A DNA stretch of 64,000 nt from Paraspadella gotoi. Its lineage: Eukaryota > Animalia > Chaetognatha. The translations under genes were made by a program, and so were the position numbers. Below are positions 12,453-26,026 of the stretch, in pieces. The notes below the pieces were generated by a model that was not told the DNA's origin, ran no database searches, and saw nothing but the letters and a program-made list of their open reading frames with translations. Numbering within the stretch: position 1 is the first letter of the stretch; each line of letters starts with the position of its first letter. The stretch is taken from assembly GCA_051294375.1 (NCBI GenBank), contig CM119263.1, positions 12,005,130 to 12,069,129 on the forward strand, written 5' to 3'.

Positions 12453-15400
12453 GGGTAGTGCGGGGTAATTCGGAACACTTTTGGAAGTAATCAAATTTTT
12501 TGCATAGTAAATGTATTTAAAAAAAATTTATGGTGATATATCTCGGAAAGGGTCCCCGCTACAGGATGATGTATTCATTTTTATCCTGCGGCCCCTAGGG
12601 GTCGCATTTTTTAAAAAACAAGTTTGAGCAAACAATGTTTGTTTTGATTGATTAATTCACTGATTAATTAATTATTGATTAATTAATGGACTAATTGATT
12701 AATTAACTGATTAATTATTTGATTAATTAATACATCTTGCATTAACATTTAAAATAAAAAGAAAAAGAAGCATAATCTATTAGTGAAACAGGTTCTTTGT
12801 TTTTATCCATTTAAACTTGATTTCCAGTTTAATCACCCACATTTCTACTCAAATACAAAATTTCAAGTCAATCGCCCCATCCACTCATGAGTAATTGGTG
12901 TTCAAATAGTAAAATATATTTTTTTGTTTTTTCCATTTAAACTCATTTCCACTCGGACGATTCCATCGAAACTTCATATCCAGCTCAATCACACACTTCC
13001 CTACCTACACACAAAATTTCATCCCAATCCATCCATCCAATCACGAGTAATTGGTGTTTTTTGCTAAGGTGGGATGGACAGACGGACGGAAGGACATCGT
13101 ATTTTTTGCATAATTTATCATAATTCAATGTTCTGACATGATATAAGTGAATGCCCGACAAGATTGAAGGGGCGGACTGACGGACCGACAAAGTGAATTA
13201 TAGAGTCGGGATCTGACTAAAAAAAAGAAAAGTTTTACCCCACCCTGGGGTAAAACGAAACACTTAATAAATTATGTATAATTTTTTATAGGCAGTGATT
13301 TTGATTCGGGTATTTTCAACATTGAAATTGAAACTTAAATAACTATTAATTCTTTGTTCCCACTGATAAATATGAAACTTTCTTTATTTAAAAAAACGGT
13401 TGGCATTAGTTATCTTTTCCTTATAACATAGAACTCACTGGGTGAATTTCTATGCTTTCAAAATACGGTAAGACATGATTTCTTTCACGTTAATCATTCC
13501 AATTACGGTATCAGTCGTTATTAAGAAGAAACTAAATACGATTTTTCATGGTAAGAACAACTTTTAAAGATAAAATTGCTCGTAAGATCTGTCGCGTTTT
13601 TTAGATATACTACTGCTTAGGCAAAAAATCGGCACGCTATATTATTAAACTTTTTTTTTGTTTTCCACTTCTTTTTTTTTTCTTTCTCAAACTTTTGCTC
13701 TGACTCTCTTTTTCTCTTTCTCTCTGTGTGAAGTATTTTGATTCTTCACGCCCCCATAATAAGCGTTAAATTTTATTTTATTTCGTCATAGTCACTCCTG
13801 TCCTGTTCTCACCCTCAATAGTATCCAAAACTCAATTCTTTGGTGGACGTTCTCTCTTTCTCTCTCTCTCTCTCTCTCTTCATCATAATGTTTGGTAAAA
13901 TTCCTTATAAAATTAACACTGCGCTGAAGAAGACTCGAAAAAGAGTCAAAACATGTCCATTTCAATAAAACTCGTTGTTTGTAAACAACAAACTTTTTCT
14001 CTCTATAATTTATTTCGAGAAAACTTCGGTAGCGTATGATTTTATTCAAAGTTTGGTTGCCAAGCAGATTTAAAAAATTGACAGATTTTTGTGGAAATTT
14101 TTTCCACAATCTTTTTTTTTTTTTTTTCGCAAAAAGCTGTCGATTGAGAGAAATTAATTTCCTGACGCTTCCCTTTCAATAAAAGAAGGCGGTTTTTTTT
14201 AATTTGTCAACTTTAGTATATTTCTCATCTATTAAATTTATAAAATAAGTCAAAAGCCGAGTTTTAGTTTAAATAAAACGCACCTCACAAAGCCTCACAA
14301 ATTAAAAGTAGGCTTAAAAAATTTTTTGACGCAAAACTATTAAATTTTTTGCCCTAATTTTTTAGGTACCAGAAGCACCAACAATAGGGAATATTTGATT
14401 AGATTTGTGGACATTTTGAAGTATTTTCGTTTAACAAATTGTAATAAAATGTAAAAATGTAAGTTTTTGACTAGTCAATTTAAAAATTAATTCATAGGCA
14501 AACAATAGATGACTAACGGCAAATGAACCAACTCAGAGGTTAAGAAGATAAGAAGGAACCAAAAGCCGGAGTAAAATTTTTTTTTCAATGATCTTGGCGT
14601 TAAAATCTCAAGACAAAAATGGACATAATTTTTTTTATTAAAAGTTGCAAAAATGATATTTATTCTTGATTAGAAAATGCAGCAGATGATTTCAATTAAT
14701 CCGTAGTCTAGCCAACTTTGTCTTAGAGTTAAAATTTAATCATTTTTGTTCTATAGATAGAAATCACTGCCTATATTACAAAAAATAATAACTAAAACAC
14801 TATTATGAAGAGCATAGAGCCTTTCATTAATGTTTTATGTATAAAAAATTGAAAATCTTATATTTTTAAGTGCTTAAAATAATTTTTAATACCATGTTCT
14901 CAGTTTTGAAAAATTATTGAATGATACAAAACTTATATATATTTTTTTATTTATACTATTTTTGACCGAGTTTTTTATTTCCTTCCATTCCTGCATTTTG
15001 TCCCCATCTTCCTTTTCAATTAATATTGTTTTTTGCCCCTTTTTTATTTCCAATGTTATTTTTTTTTTTATTCTTTTTATTTATCATTTATATTTATCTT
15101 TAGAAATTTAGCTTATTTTTTATTTCCTTTTCAAAATATTTTTATTCATATTATTTTTATATTAATTTCATCATAATTTTTTCTTTTACTAATTTTTTAA
15201 CCATATTTAGGCGTTAAATTCCATTCCAAACTTTTTTAACTTTTTTATTGCTAAAAATAGATTTTTTTACTGTATTATTAATAGTATAATAATTTTTTTC
15301 ACCTAATTGTATAACAAATGTTGCAAACTCTTATTATTACTCAGTAAATTATCACTAACACTTTATAAAAAGCAGGTAACACAGAATACTTACTTTAAGG

Positions 15401-15752
15401 GTGTTCCGTTTTACCCCAATTTAATTGTAGCTTTGTAAAAAATAATTGAATTTTTTTTCGAAATAATCTATACAATAACTAAAAATTAGTAGTCTCGTCT
15501 ATAATATATTAATATTCCATTATCATATTACGTCAAATATGACTGTGACAGAGGCTTGAAAACGACTACTCAAAGACGAAATTTAACTCGCAGCTTTGAA
15601 ATTATTGCTGCAACTGCTGTAATGGAAAGTCAAGTTGGTGAAATATTAAATGAACCAAAAAAAATTAAAAAATATATATACACAATTTTTTTATTTCATT
15701 TTATATGTCAGTGTTCCGAATTACCCCTGTTCCGAATTACCCCGCACTACCC
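12453..15752. mobile_element. Non-autonomous TIR element (pogo/Tc1-like, TA flanks) with nested repeats
   Basis: TA-GGGTAGTGCGGGGTAATTCGGAACA at the left and TGTTCCGAATTACCCCGCACTACCC-TA at the right. Confidence 0.65.
12615..13225 (-). mobile_element. DINE-1/HINE-like (Helentron-associated) repeat copy
   Basis: Reverse complement of the family start TTTTAGTC(A/G)GATC.., (GTCC)n microsatellite and end CATTGTTTGCTCAAACTTGTT; related copies at ~31140-31647, 36010-36690, 41322-41740, 54590-54795, 57409-59900. Confidence 0.55.
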
Positions 15753-15883
15753 TACTACTTTTGTCAACTATTTCCAGAAACCTGTATTTTTTAAACCTTG
15801 AAATCACTAAGCTGTGATTATGGCCAACCATTAATAGATTTGCCTTTTTCACTCTACCAAACTTTGTCACATTTTCCTCCAAA

Positions 15884-18772
15884 ATGAGCCGCCGTCGAAC
15901 AGTGGATCCTTCCACTCTCCTCGACCCAAACTGGCGCGTCGACTTTCCCCCTGACGGAGCGAGCCCCGTGAGAGCGCCCCGACCGCCGGCTCCGGCTCCC
16001 ACGGACGTTTCTACTCCCATCGATGGCCGGGATCCCCTGGCGACGCCGCCTCGCTCGGGCCGCGCATTCCCTGCCCCTTTGTCTAGCTTGCCCACGACCC
16101 CTTTGAGTCCGCGCGGCGCCCCCGACGGAGGTGTCGAAGAGCGTCTGAGCGAAGAGGAAGCCGACCGAGTCGGAAGAATCACGATGGGAAGTCTGACGGG
16201 AGGAAGGACGGAAACTGAGGACGACGTCGAAGATTCTGACAGCGACGAAGATTACGACGACGAGCGAATGAACCAGTCAGAAGAAAGAGACGACCAGGTG
16301 AAGCCCGAATTTATGCGGCGGGGGTTTAGTCAATTTTCGATTGTAAAGGGGTAAGTTATTAGAAATAATGTAAAGGATAAGTTGTTAACAATAATAATAA
16401 TAATATTAATAATATTTATAAACTAAAAAAATAATCTTAACTGCTACGATATGTAAATAAGATTGAAGAACTCGATATCATTAAAAATTGAACTATAAGT
16501 TACTCTGCTACAGACTTTATATTCTCCTCTCTCTTCCCACTCTCTTTCTAGGACCCGCTCAAGGCGTCTGGATTACCAAAAACCTTCGAGCTCGCGCTAT
16601 CCTACGAGGATCGATTCGAAGCTTACGTCTATGATATCCTAGGCAACGCCACCGTGGATCAGATCCACCGCCTCTTCAAGGGATACATGGAAGAGAATAT
16701 CTTGCCCAACGGGTGGCTGGGCCTTTGGCGCAGTCGCGGAATTTTCGGCGGCGACGGAGAAGCGGACGCCGCCGTCGCTTCCATCCTCGTTGAGATCGAG
16801 AACGTGAACATTGAGGCCGACGACGAGAAGCTCGGCGTCTCAGCGACCGTCAGTTTGCCGAAGAGAGACAGCGGCGCTATCGGAGCGGGTGTGCTCATTA
16901 AGAGTCCAGGTAAGATTGAGGGGTGGAGGTCCTGATAAGCTCTTCAAGACAATGCACATGTCCCGAATTCCCAGTGTCGCCCAACTCGTCGATCTTCAAC
17001 CGGTCTTGGAACACCCGCGACGCCTCCGTCGAAACTCTCGCCGAACCTGAAGCCGAGACCGTCTTGGAGGCGCGCGGGTGGCAGATCCCATTGCTCGAGG
17101 TGCACCCCGTGTTTCAGAGGCACGGTGGCGCTAAATTGACAGCGACCGCGTTGGAGCACGTTAGGTTAGAGTCGATAATTACATAATTACATGCAAACGC
17201 AAAGCGATTGCGACGATCTCGTAACGCTTTTGCGCATAAGTGACGTAGTCGTCGTTGTTGTCATCATCGTCGTTGTTGTCGTCATTGTTCAAACTTATCG
17301 ATCGCCTTTTTGATGATTAAATTTGGGTGTAAGAAGTTGAAAATTTATATACAACTTCTCATAATCGAGGTCCTTGAAATTGGGTGAGGACAGTTATTTA
17401 ATGTTTTGTTTACGTTTTATCAAAACAAACAAATTTCCTCTATTATTTTTATGTCTCCTTCTCTCTCTCTTTTCTCTTTTAATTATATGTAGCTCTCTTT
17501 CTCTTTTCCCCAGTCGCATCGGAAAAAAAAACCAGTCTGCAGCTGCTTCTGCTGATTCAAAAACGATTTGGGCTCTGCAGGGACTTTCTTTCTTTTTCTC
17601 TTTTCTCCTGCTGCTTCTGCTGCTGCCTTTTGATTTCTTTCTTTTTTTCTGGCTGCCTCTGCTGCTGCCGCTGCTGATTCGTCCGAAAACGATTTGGCTT
17701 CTCTCTTTCTCTCTCTCTCTTTCTTTCTCTCTTTTTTTTTTTTCACGGGCTGCGTCTGCTGATCAGTTTATTTGACAATCAAAAAGTTTCTCCTGCTGCT
17801 TCTGCTGATTCGTCCAAAAACGATTTGGCCCCTCTCTCTCTCTCTCTCTCTGCGTTTTTATTAAAAAAAAAAGTTGAATTAGGATTGAACTCGTAAAATT
17901 AGGCATCGCATTCGTGCATGTTATCATTTTGCTATCGCAACATCGGGTTTTTATTTTGTTCTTTCTTTTCGTCACTCTTTATTTTTTTTTCTTTCTTTCC
18001 TTTCCTTTCCTTTCTATTCATTCTTTCCTTTCTATTCATTCTTCCTTTCTCATTTCATTCTTTCCTTTCTATTCATTCTTTCCTTTCTATTCTTTCTTTT
18101 TCTTTCTATTCTTTCTTTCCTTTCTATTCTTTCTTCCTTTCTATTCTTTCTTTCCTTTCTATTCATTCTTTCCTTTCTATTTATTCTTTCCTTTCTATTC
18201 ATTCTTTCCTTTCTATTCATTCTTTCCTTTCTATTCATTCTTTCCTTTCTATTCTTTCTTTCCTTTCTATTCTTTCTTTCCTTTCTATTCTTTCTTTCCT
18301 TTCTTTTCTTTCTTTCCTTTCTTTCTTTCCTTTCTATTCTTTCTATTCTTTCTTTTCTTTCTTTCCTTTCTTTCCTTTCTATTCTTTCTTTCCTTTCTAT
18401 TCTTTCTTTCCTTTCTATTCTTTCTTTCCTTTCTATTCTTTCTTTATATTTATTCTTTTCTTCTTTTTCTTTGTTTAATGTTTATAAATTTTTTTTCCCT
18501 CAAATTTGATTTTTTTTAGTATTAAAATTTGTCGTCAATCCAGATTGTTCTTATGCGATTGCGACGATCCTTATGCTTTTAAGATTTTTATTGTCTATTT
18601 AATAATAAGCAGGGAATTTAATTTATTTACAAACAGATTTTTTTACAAAAACATCTGGCGTTCATGGGACTGCGACCTAGCCAAAGATGAACCCTATGCC
18701 TCTCAATGCCTCCAATCCAGGATGACCCTGTTTTACGATATGGAGGAAGGGAAGGTTAACCCCGAAGATCAG
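15884..18772 (+). CDS. SHCBP1: SHC SH2-domain binding protein 1 / Nessun dorma homolog, first four exons (15884-16297, 16552-16909, 16975-17164, 18637-18772)
   Basis: Spliced ...TATALEHVR|FFYKNIWRSWD...CLQSRMTLFYD resembles the SHCBP1 motif ALEHVRFFYQNIWRSWD (recalled); intron phases 0,1,2 are consistent. No downstream exons seen. Confidence 0.85.
17990..18470. repeat. 18-bp pyrimidine-rich minisatellite (TTTCCTTTCTATTCWTTC)n
   Basis: Direct tandem repeats visible in the sequence. Confidence 0.9.
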
Positions 18773-18885
18773 GTTCGCTCCGGATATCGTACAGTATCAT
18801 CCGTCTAGAATTTCTGAGGCGGCAAGCTCTGTAACTCGAGTACAAATGATAATTTGAAAGAGAGTTTTTTCGTCGGATCTGCTTA

Positions 18886-18960
18886 TCAGCAGATCCCCAC
18901 TCAGCAGATCCCCACTCAGCAGATCCCCACTCAGCAGATCCCGACTCAGCAGATCCCGAC
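18886..18960 (+). repeat. 15-bp tandem repeat (TCAGCAGATCCCSAC) x5
   Basis: Amplified arm of the DINE-like 5' hairpin GTCGGATCTGC..GCAGATCCCGAC. Confidence 0.85.
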
Positions 18961-20435
18961 TCTATAATTCACTTTGTCGTGTTGGACATAAACTCTCGTC
19001 ATGATCCGTCGTTCTTATTCGCCTTTTGTAATGCTGTTTAAAAATATAAACAATCGATGTTTTCTACAAACAATACAGTTTATTGTTATTTCATTGCTTT
19101 GATTAATCATGATTCTATTTCATACAGATCGCATTAATGATTGTGCCATCGTCGGGGTTTATTCATAGGGTTTATTTATAGGGTTCATCTATAGAGTTTA
19201 TATGGTTATATTGTTCATTTGATTAGTGGCTAGGCCGAGCTTACCTGAGAGATCATTGTGTTTCTATCGTTAACCGATGCTTGCCTTTGCTTACCTCTAG
19301 TTCTTGATTCTAAAGACTCACTAAATCCTCGTTATAGATACTCTCAGAAGGGTGAGCAACGACGGAAAACCCCGCTCATCACTGGTGCATCGTCCAGTTC
19401 ACTTTTTGTGTCAGAATCCCGGGTATACCCCCCCCTCGTCCTCACCTTGTTTGGTGTGGATGCTTCGTCACCCTTAAGTCTGTCAGGTGATTCTGAGGCA
19501 CTTCCGAGGAGGTACCCACCATAAATTCCATCAGCAGTCTGTTCAATTTAATGGCCCATTCTCTATAGGGTTTTGAACAGTCTGTGAAGACAACGGTTCT
19601 TTTCATCATTTTTTTTATCTGCAGATGCCCTATCGTCACAATCTGGAGTGCTTTTAGCGGATTCTGAAGTTGAGCGCTTTGATCATCTGGTCCTGTTGAT
19701 CCATTCACGAGCAGTCATTACCTTTGGTAGCTCGTTTCGGCTGATGCTATGCCTGGGTAACCTGGACGCTTGCTAACTCTGTTCTCATTTGATCGCACCA
19801 ACCGGAAGAGCTGGAGTCTCCTGTTGCTATATCATCTGCTGTCTTTTGAAGTCGGAGGTAGAAACGTGCTTGCTGTCTATCCTCACGTGGACGACTCCGT
19901 CACATGGTCGTAAGTCCGCCTCTGCGGCATTTTTGTGCGCACCCCAATACCCCCCCAATAGTCCTAGGCAGTCCCTTACCTTTTTCAATCAAACAGTCTT
20001 CGTTTATTCTGCGTCAGAGCCTGTTCTTACTTCTTGTGGGTACAAGTGATGGAGAGTGCTAGATCAACTCCTGGCGGATCGTGACCCCCTGATTTAGCTC
20101 GACGTGTAATCAACTTAGCCTATTGATAACCTTTACTCTCGTTTCGTTTGGATTCTGGATTGAGTTTGGTCGACCTTTGTTTTGAAACCCCGACGATGTG
20201 CTACTGAAGAACTTTAACTTTTTCTCAAATTTGCTTTCAAAAACTTTTTTCGTGGATATTCCAACTTTTAACGTTATTTCGGTGTGACGTCTACATTTTT
20301 CAGAACCTTGCCTCCTCCGTTAGTTTAGCGGTAGAGGGAAGCCCTTGCCCCCCTCAACTGGCCATATAAATCCCCCCCTCCCTCCAATCCTCCCTTGCGT
20401 GACCTATCTTGGGAAAAGCCTGATCTTTTTACGAG

Positions 20436-21638
20436 ATGGCTGTGTCCCAAATGGACCGTGCTGCTTCCACTATTGGAGTAGAAACCTTCAATTCTTCAAA
20501 AGATGATTTTGAAGAGTGGATTAATCTGTTTGAGAATGCTGTTGTTCTTGCAACTAACCCATCCACAGAGGAAAAACGATCTCAGTTTTTAATGAACTGG
20601 TTGCCGCTCAAATTGGATGCGCCAGCCAGACAAATATACAAGCAAAAGACTAAAGGAAATTATCCTGAGCTAAAAATAGAGTTGATTGGCTTGTTTGTTG
20701 ATCCTCAAGACACGTACAACTTTTTGGCAAAGAAAAAGATTATAAAATGGGATGGTGAAGAATCTTTCCATGCTCTTGCTTCTCGTGTCGTTACCTTTGT
20801 GAACAAACACGACAAAATATCGAATGATGAAACAAAAAGACGCGAGTATTTCTTTACCTTTCGTGCTGCTTTGGAGAAGCCCTACCGCAATGCGATAGAT
20901 CTTGGTTGTGGTGAGGAGAAACGCACGATAGAGCATGCGAAACAAGTTGCACAGATGTTCCACATGACTCAAGTGGAAGATGATGATAAACCATCAAAGG
21001 ATTCAAAATCGGTGGCATTCACTGGCGCTGCGATGAAAGATGATCGCTTAAAGATCTTGGAGGACGCTGTTAGTAAGTTGACTGTTCAGATGGAAAACAT
21101 TAATGGTGGACGCGATGGACGTGACAGAGGTTATCGTGGCGATCGTCGTCGTGATTGGTCTCCTAGCCCTGTTGGTTCCAGGAACAGCTCCAGTTCCCGT
21201 GACCGTGATCGCACAGCTAGTCGTGGTCGAGATGATCGTAACCGCGACTTTCAGCGAAATCGCGATCGCTACAATCGTCCAAGTCGTCGCTATAGTCCCG
21301 TTGATAATCGTGAGAGACGCGGTAGTCCCTACTCGGACCGCCGCTCGGACAGAAACGATAGAGGTGTTCGTTACGACAGTCCTTATCGTTCTCGTGATAG
21401 TCGCTATGGCAGTCCTTACCGTTCCCGTGATAGTCGCAGTTTCCGTGATAGAGGTAATTATCGTCGTGATTCGAGGAGAGATGAACGCTACCGAGTCATC
21501 CAAACAGATGACGAGGAGAGCGACGTTAGTGAAGGTGAATTAGAGGTCCTTCGCCTATATCGCGAACAGCGTGATCGTGATCAAGCTTGTGCTAGTTCTT
21601 CTAGCCGGCGAAGATCTGACAATACTTCAAAAAACTAG
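20436..21638 (+). CDS. gag: Gypsy gag with Arg/Ser/Asp-rich C-terminus
   Basis: 400-aa ORF after the PBS and leader; gag-like N-terminus (FEEWINLFE..WLPLKL); RS/RD repeats; no CCHC knuckle. Confidence 0.85.
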   Translation: MAVSQMDRAASTIGVETFNSSKDDFEEWINLFENAVVLATNPSTEEKRSQFLMNWLPLKLDAPARQIYKQKTKGNYPELKIELIGLFVDPQDTYNFLAKKKIIKWDGEESFHALASRVVTFVNKHDKISNDETKRREYFFTFRAALEKPYRNAIDLGCGEEKRTIEHAKQVAQMFHMTQVEDDDKPSKDSKSVAFTGAAMKDDRLKILEDAVSKLTVQMENINGGRDGRDRGYRGDRRRDWSPSPVGSRNSSSSRDRDRTASRGRDDRNRDFQRNRDRYNRPSRRYSPVDNRERRGSPYSDRRSDRNDRGVRYDSPYRSRDSRYGSPYRSRDSRSFRDRGNYRRDSRRDERYRVIQTDDEESDVSEGELEVLRLYREQRDRDQACASSSSRRRSDNTSKN

Positions 21639-21670
21639 ATGATGGCCTTGCCGAGGGGCAAGCGAGGTCA
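21629..21670 (+). promoter_or_regulatory. -1 programmed ribosomal frameshift signal
   Basis: A AAA AAC heptamer immediately before the gag TAG, followed by hairpin CTTGCC-GAGG-GGCAAG; pol is in the -1 frame and open from the slip site. Confidence 0.75.
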
Positions 21671-24600
21671 AAAGGTAGACATGTCCCCGATGATGACAAT
21701 TTGAAACCTAAGTGGAAGGCTGAGTTCCTTGCAAGAGTGGGTAACGAGAAATTAGCGGTTTTGGGTGATACTGGTTGTACTCGGAGTTGCATTAGTGAAG
21801 AGTTTTATAGGCGATGCCCTTCTGCATTGAAGAGTAAATTTAGGCCCCTCTCGTCCACTGGTACAGCAATTAATGGAACTAAGGTCTTAACTGTAGGTAT
21901 TGCAAATATTAAATTTCGTGTAAATAATACATACATGCATATGAATTGTAGGGTAGTTAGAGGTCTTGTTCAACCTTTTATACTTGGCTGGGATTTCTTC
22001 TGTAAATATAATGCCTTTTTAAATCCAGCAGAAGGTAAACTAGAATTTTTAGGAGTTTCCTCTACACCCTTGATTGAATATTCTCATAGATTGTCCGGTT
22101 GCTTTTATCGTATTCCCGAAGAGACAGTTGTCCCTCCCAATTCGAAGATGCATTTGGATGTTGAGCTTATGCTTGATGGAGATCAAGCGAAGCTCGCGTC
22201 TAAGACGGTTATGACAGATCCATTTCTTAACGGTAATGGAAGTCTATTAGCTTGCCGATGTGTTTCGTCTGTGAAAGATGGTCGGTTTATGACAGAAATT
22301 ATGAATCTTAGCGAACATAGCCACAAGGCTGAGGCTGGCTACGTCTTGGGCTATGCGGAATTCACAGATGATGAATCATTGGACGTCTTTGCATCGGAGA
22401 CGGACATGTTTTGCTCATTTGCGAGTGATGATTCGGGTTATGAATCTGATGATCCGGCAGGTCCGGCCGGTTCGGAAGTTGAAATTGAGATGGACCCACC
22501 CCCCGAACCTCCTAAACCCTCTCCTTCCCCTGAATCCCCTTCACCCAAAGAATCTCCTATCCCTGAAGGTGCCAAAAGGTTGCGAGTAGATTACAGTAAG
22601 TTAGCCCCTGACGCTAGACCTTATGAAAAGCAGCTAAGAGAGCTCTTAGAGGTCAAGCACGAGAAAGCCTTTTCTAAGCATAACAGAGATTATGGACGTG
22701 CAAAACTGATTCAGTGTCGCGCGCACCTTAAAGATGAAACGGCTCCTCCCATTGCGGTCGCTCCTTACCGAACTCGCCCTGAGATGCGCGAGATTATTGA
22801 TAAGCAAGCTTATGAGATGATCGCTGATGGGCTGCTTGGTCCTTCTACTAGTCCATACTCGGCTCCAATCTTGTTGGTAAGAATGAAATCTGGCGGTTGG
22901 AGATTCTTGACAGATTTTCGGAGAGTGAATGAGAAGTGTAACAAAGTGGTTTATCCCTTTCCAAGGATCGAAGATTCCATCCAAAAGATTGAGAAACCTA
23001 TGTTCTTTACCACTATGGATCTGACCAAAGGTTTTTGGCAGATACCCCTTCATCCGGCTGATCGAAAATTCTTTGCATTTTCTACCGAGTCTATGCATTT
23101 GGAGTATTTGGTTGCCCCAATGGGTGCCAAGAATTCTCCTAGTTACCTCTGCGCCTTGATGCAGCTAGTCCTTAGGGGACTTCCTCCACAGCACGTTATC
23201 AGCTACATGGATGACATCCTAGTGGCAGATAAGAATATGGAAGAGCACCTAGTCCATTTGGACCAGGTTCTCTCAGCCCTTGAGAGCGCTGGCTTGAAAT
23301 TGAATCCAGCAAAATGTAGCTTTGCTCAATCTTCGGTGGTCTGTCTTGGTCATTTGCTGTCAAGAGAAGGCATTTCTCCTGACCCAGCAAATGTCGTTAA
23401 AATCAAGTCATGGAAGGCTCCGGAAAATGTTAAACGCCTTAGAACCTTCTTAGGCCTTACCGGATACTATAGACAGTATATTAAAGACTATAGTAAAATT
23501 GCTCATCCCCTTACTGAGCTAACTCATGAGAGTGCTAAGTGGGAATGGCAAAATAAACATCAACAAGCCTTCGAATTTCTTAAGGAAGCTCTTGTATCTG
23601 ATGCAATGATGCATTATCCAGATTTTTCCAAGCCTTTCATTGTAAAAAGTGATGCTTCTCTGTTTGCTATTGGATATGTCCTTACTCAAAAAATAGATGG
23701 TAAAGAAAAAGTTATTTCATATGGTTCAAAGAAGTTGTCGCAAACGCAGCAAAAATGGGCTACATATGATAGAGAGTTCTTTGCATTACTATGCGCAATT
23801 AGAGCAAATGCACATTATCTTAGGCATGCTACCAACGTTTCGGTGCAAAAACGGAAATCATGTCGCAGCCTTTGGTTGGCTTGGGAGGAGAGGTTTGGAC
23901 CGGATCACAAAAGAAAGACCCAACTGGTAGGCGTACCAGATGGGCTATAGAATTAGACCCGTATGATTTTGAGTTGATTTATAAGAAAGGCAAAATCCAT
24001 ACTGATGCGGACGCAATGAGTCGAAGAGGTGATGATGACGATGACATGGCCGATGATGAATATGGCGTCTTTGCCTCTGCCTCTACCCTCATCGAGTCTG
24101 TTGCCCTCGATGATGGTCCTGTCTTCTTGGGCATGAAAAATCCAGACGAGGCTCCCCTCGTAAGCCTTAATGCCAATGAAAGTGACATTGCACGGCTCAG
24201 AATGGAACAAGATAGTGATCCAATCATTTCGGAAGTCAAGGACCTGCCGTTAGTAGAAAAGACCGCCTAGAACATTTCCTAACCGATGGTATACCAGAAG
24301 TTTCAATAGGTTGGCTCTTAGAGATGGTGTACTATATAGGAAAAATTTCTCCCAAAGTGGTCTTTGGCCGAGTTGCAAGCCATAATTCCTGATTCTATGG
24401 TCAAGGAAGTTTTGAAGACTTCCATGGTTCCATTTTCTCCGGTCACCCTTCTGTTAAGAAAATGCTCGATAAAATACGTAGATATGCTATCTGGCCCGGC
24501 GTTGGAAAAGATGTCGCTGAACATCTTAAAAATTGTAAGGTATGCGATCAAATCAAAGAACCTAATCCTAAAGCTAAAACCCCTCTTCAGCCCATTGTAG

Positions 24601-26026
24601 CAAACAACGTCTTTGACCATGTTATTTGCGACTTACTTAAGTTGCCCACTGCTCCTGGCGACATGAAATATGTTTTAGTATTCAAAGATGTCTTTTCTGG
24701 ATACGTTAGGCTTTATAAGCTTAGGAATAAAAACGCATCCGGAATAGCCAAGGCATTCGAAAATCTCGTATGCTTCGCTGGTCCTCCAAAGCTGTTGACT
24801 TCGGACAACGGTGGTGAGTTTATCGCAGACGTTGTCAAAGCTGTGTGTCAGATAATGGGTACGAAAAAGAGGACTAGTGTCGCGTACCGTCCCGAGTCCC
24901 AAGGAAATGTCGAGAGACAGAATCGTACCATAATTAAAGATCTGACGAAAAGATTGCTCCAATATGGTAAGAGTTGGGTCGATCATCTACCATACGTAGA
25001 ATGGTCGTATAATACCACTCCATTTGCTCGTACAGACATGACACCTTACTTGGTATTCTTCGGTCGTGAACCTCCATTGCTCCTTTTGCGGATGTCGAAA
25101 TTGATCGACTTAAGGATCGCACTTTGCAGGAATACATTGATCAGGTCCGTAACCGTGTGAAAATGATAACCGGTGAAGCTAAAGCTCGAGCCGACAATAA
25201 GAGAGCTCGAGAAGAAGAGCAATATAACAAGAAGACTAAGCATATGCCTTTTCAAGAGGCGACTTGGTCTATGAGCGTGTTTCCTGATGGTCTAAGAGAG
25301 AAACTTTGATCCAAATGGTCTGGTCCGCTAAAGGTAGTTGAGCGTAGGCTTAGTCCAAAAGGTGGTCCTGGTACGACGTATTGGTGTGAAAGAAAGGATG
25401 GTAGTCGATGTCGTCGTAATTATGAGCATTTGAAAAGAGTGAATGCCGAATACGAGGAATTGATGAAGAAACCTCTTGTTGTGGAACAACAAAAGGTCTC
25501 AGTCAACAATTCAATCACATCTGGGCTTCTTGCGATTATTAGCAGCTCACTCAGGGATCCCCCAGTGGATCCTCCAGCTGAGATGCCCGTGGGTATAACC
25601 CCACTTCCTCCTATCGCATCTGCTGACCCTGTCCCAATTACCATGCTATCAGGTGGACACCTGCCAGCAGAATCAGTTCTCGACGACCCTCAACCCTCTA
25701 CATCTGAACCCTCTCGTGATCCTGATACTTTGGATTCCGATCCGACTCCCACCAATACCGTTGACCAATCTGATGATGTAATTATCATTGGACGTAAAGA
25801 TCCAAGTCCTGCATCAGACGGTACAAAAGTTAAACGAGCTTGGTCAGATACTGGTACTGAAGTTCTTGACACAAGAACTAGATCAGAGACAAGACGTTAT
25901 CAGTTAGCTCTTCAAAGCTCTATGGGCCGTACTTCATCACAAGAATCTGGAGGTCCTCCTAGTTGTGATACCGGCCCCCAGATGTATTTGACTTGCTTCA
26001 AGCATCAACGAGTGCTGGTGAGTTAA
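21635..26026 (+). pseudogene. pol: Gypsy pol (PR, RT, RNase H, IN), frameshifted in the 3' half
   Basis: LGDTGC (protease), PYSAPILLV, TDFRRVN, YMDD, SDAS, DREFFA, CKVC, TSDNGGEF, YRPESQGNVER. Confidence 0.92.

Noticed and set aside
17914-18519. Long Phe/Ser-rich ORFs
   Set aside because: Translations of an 18-bp minisatellite inside an SHCBP1 intron.
22090-22370. Functional dUTPase between protease and RT
   Set aside because: Only a vague beta-rich spacer common in metazoan Gypsy pol; no dUTPase catalytic motifs recognised.
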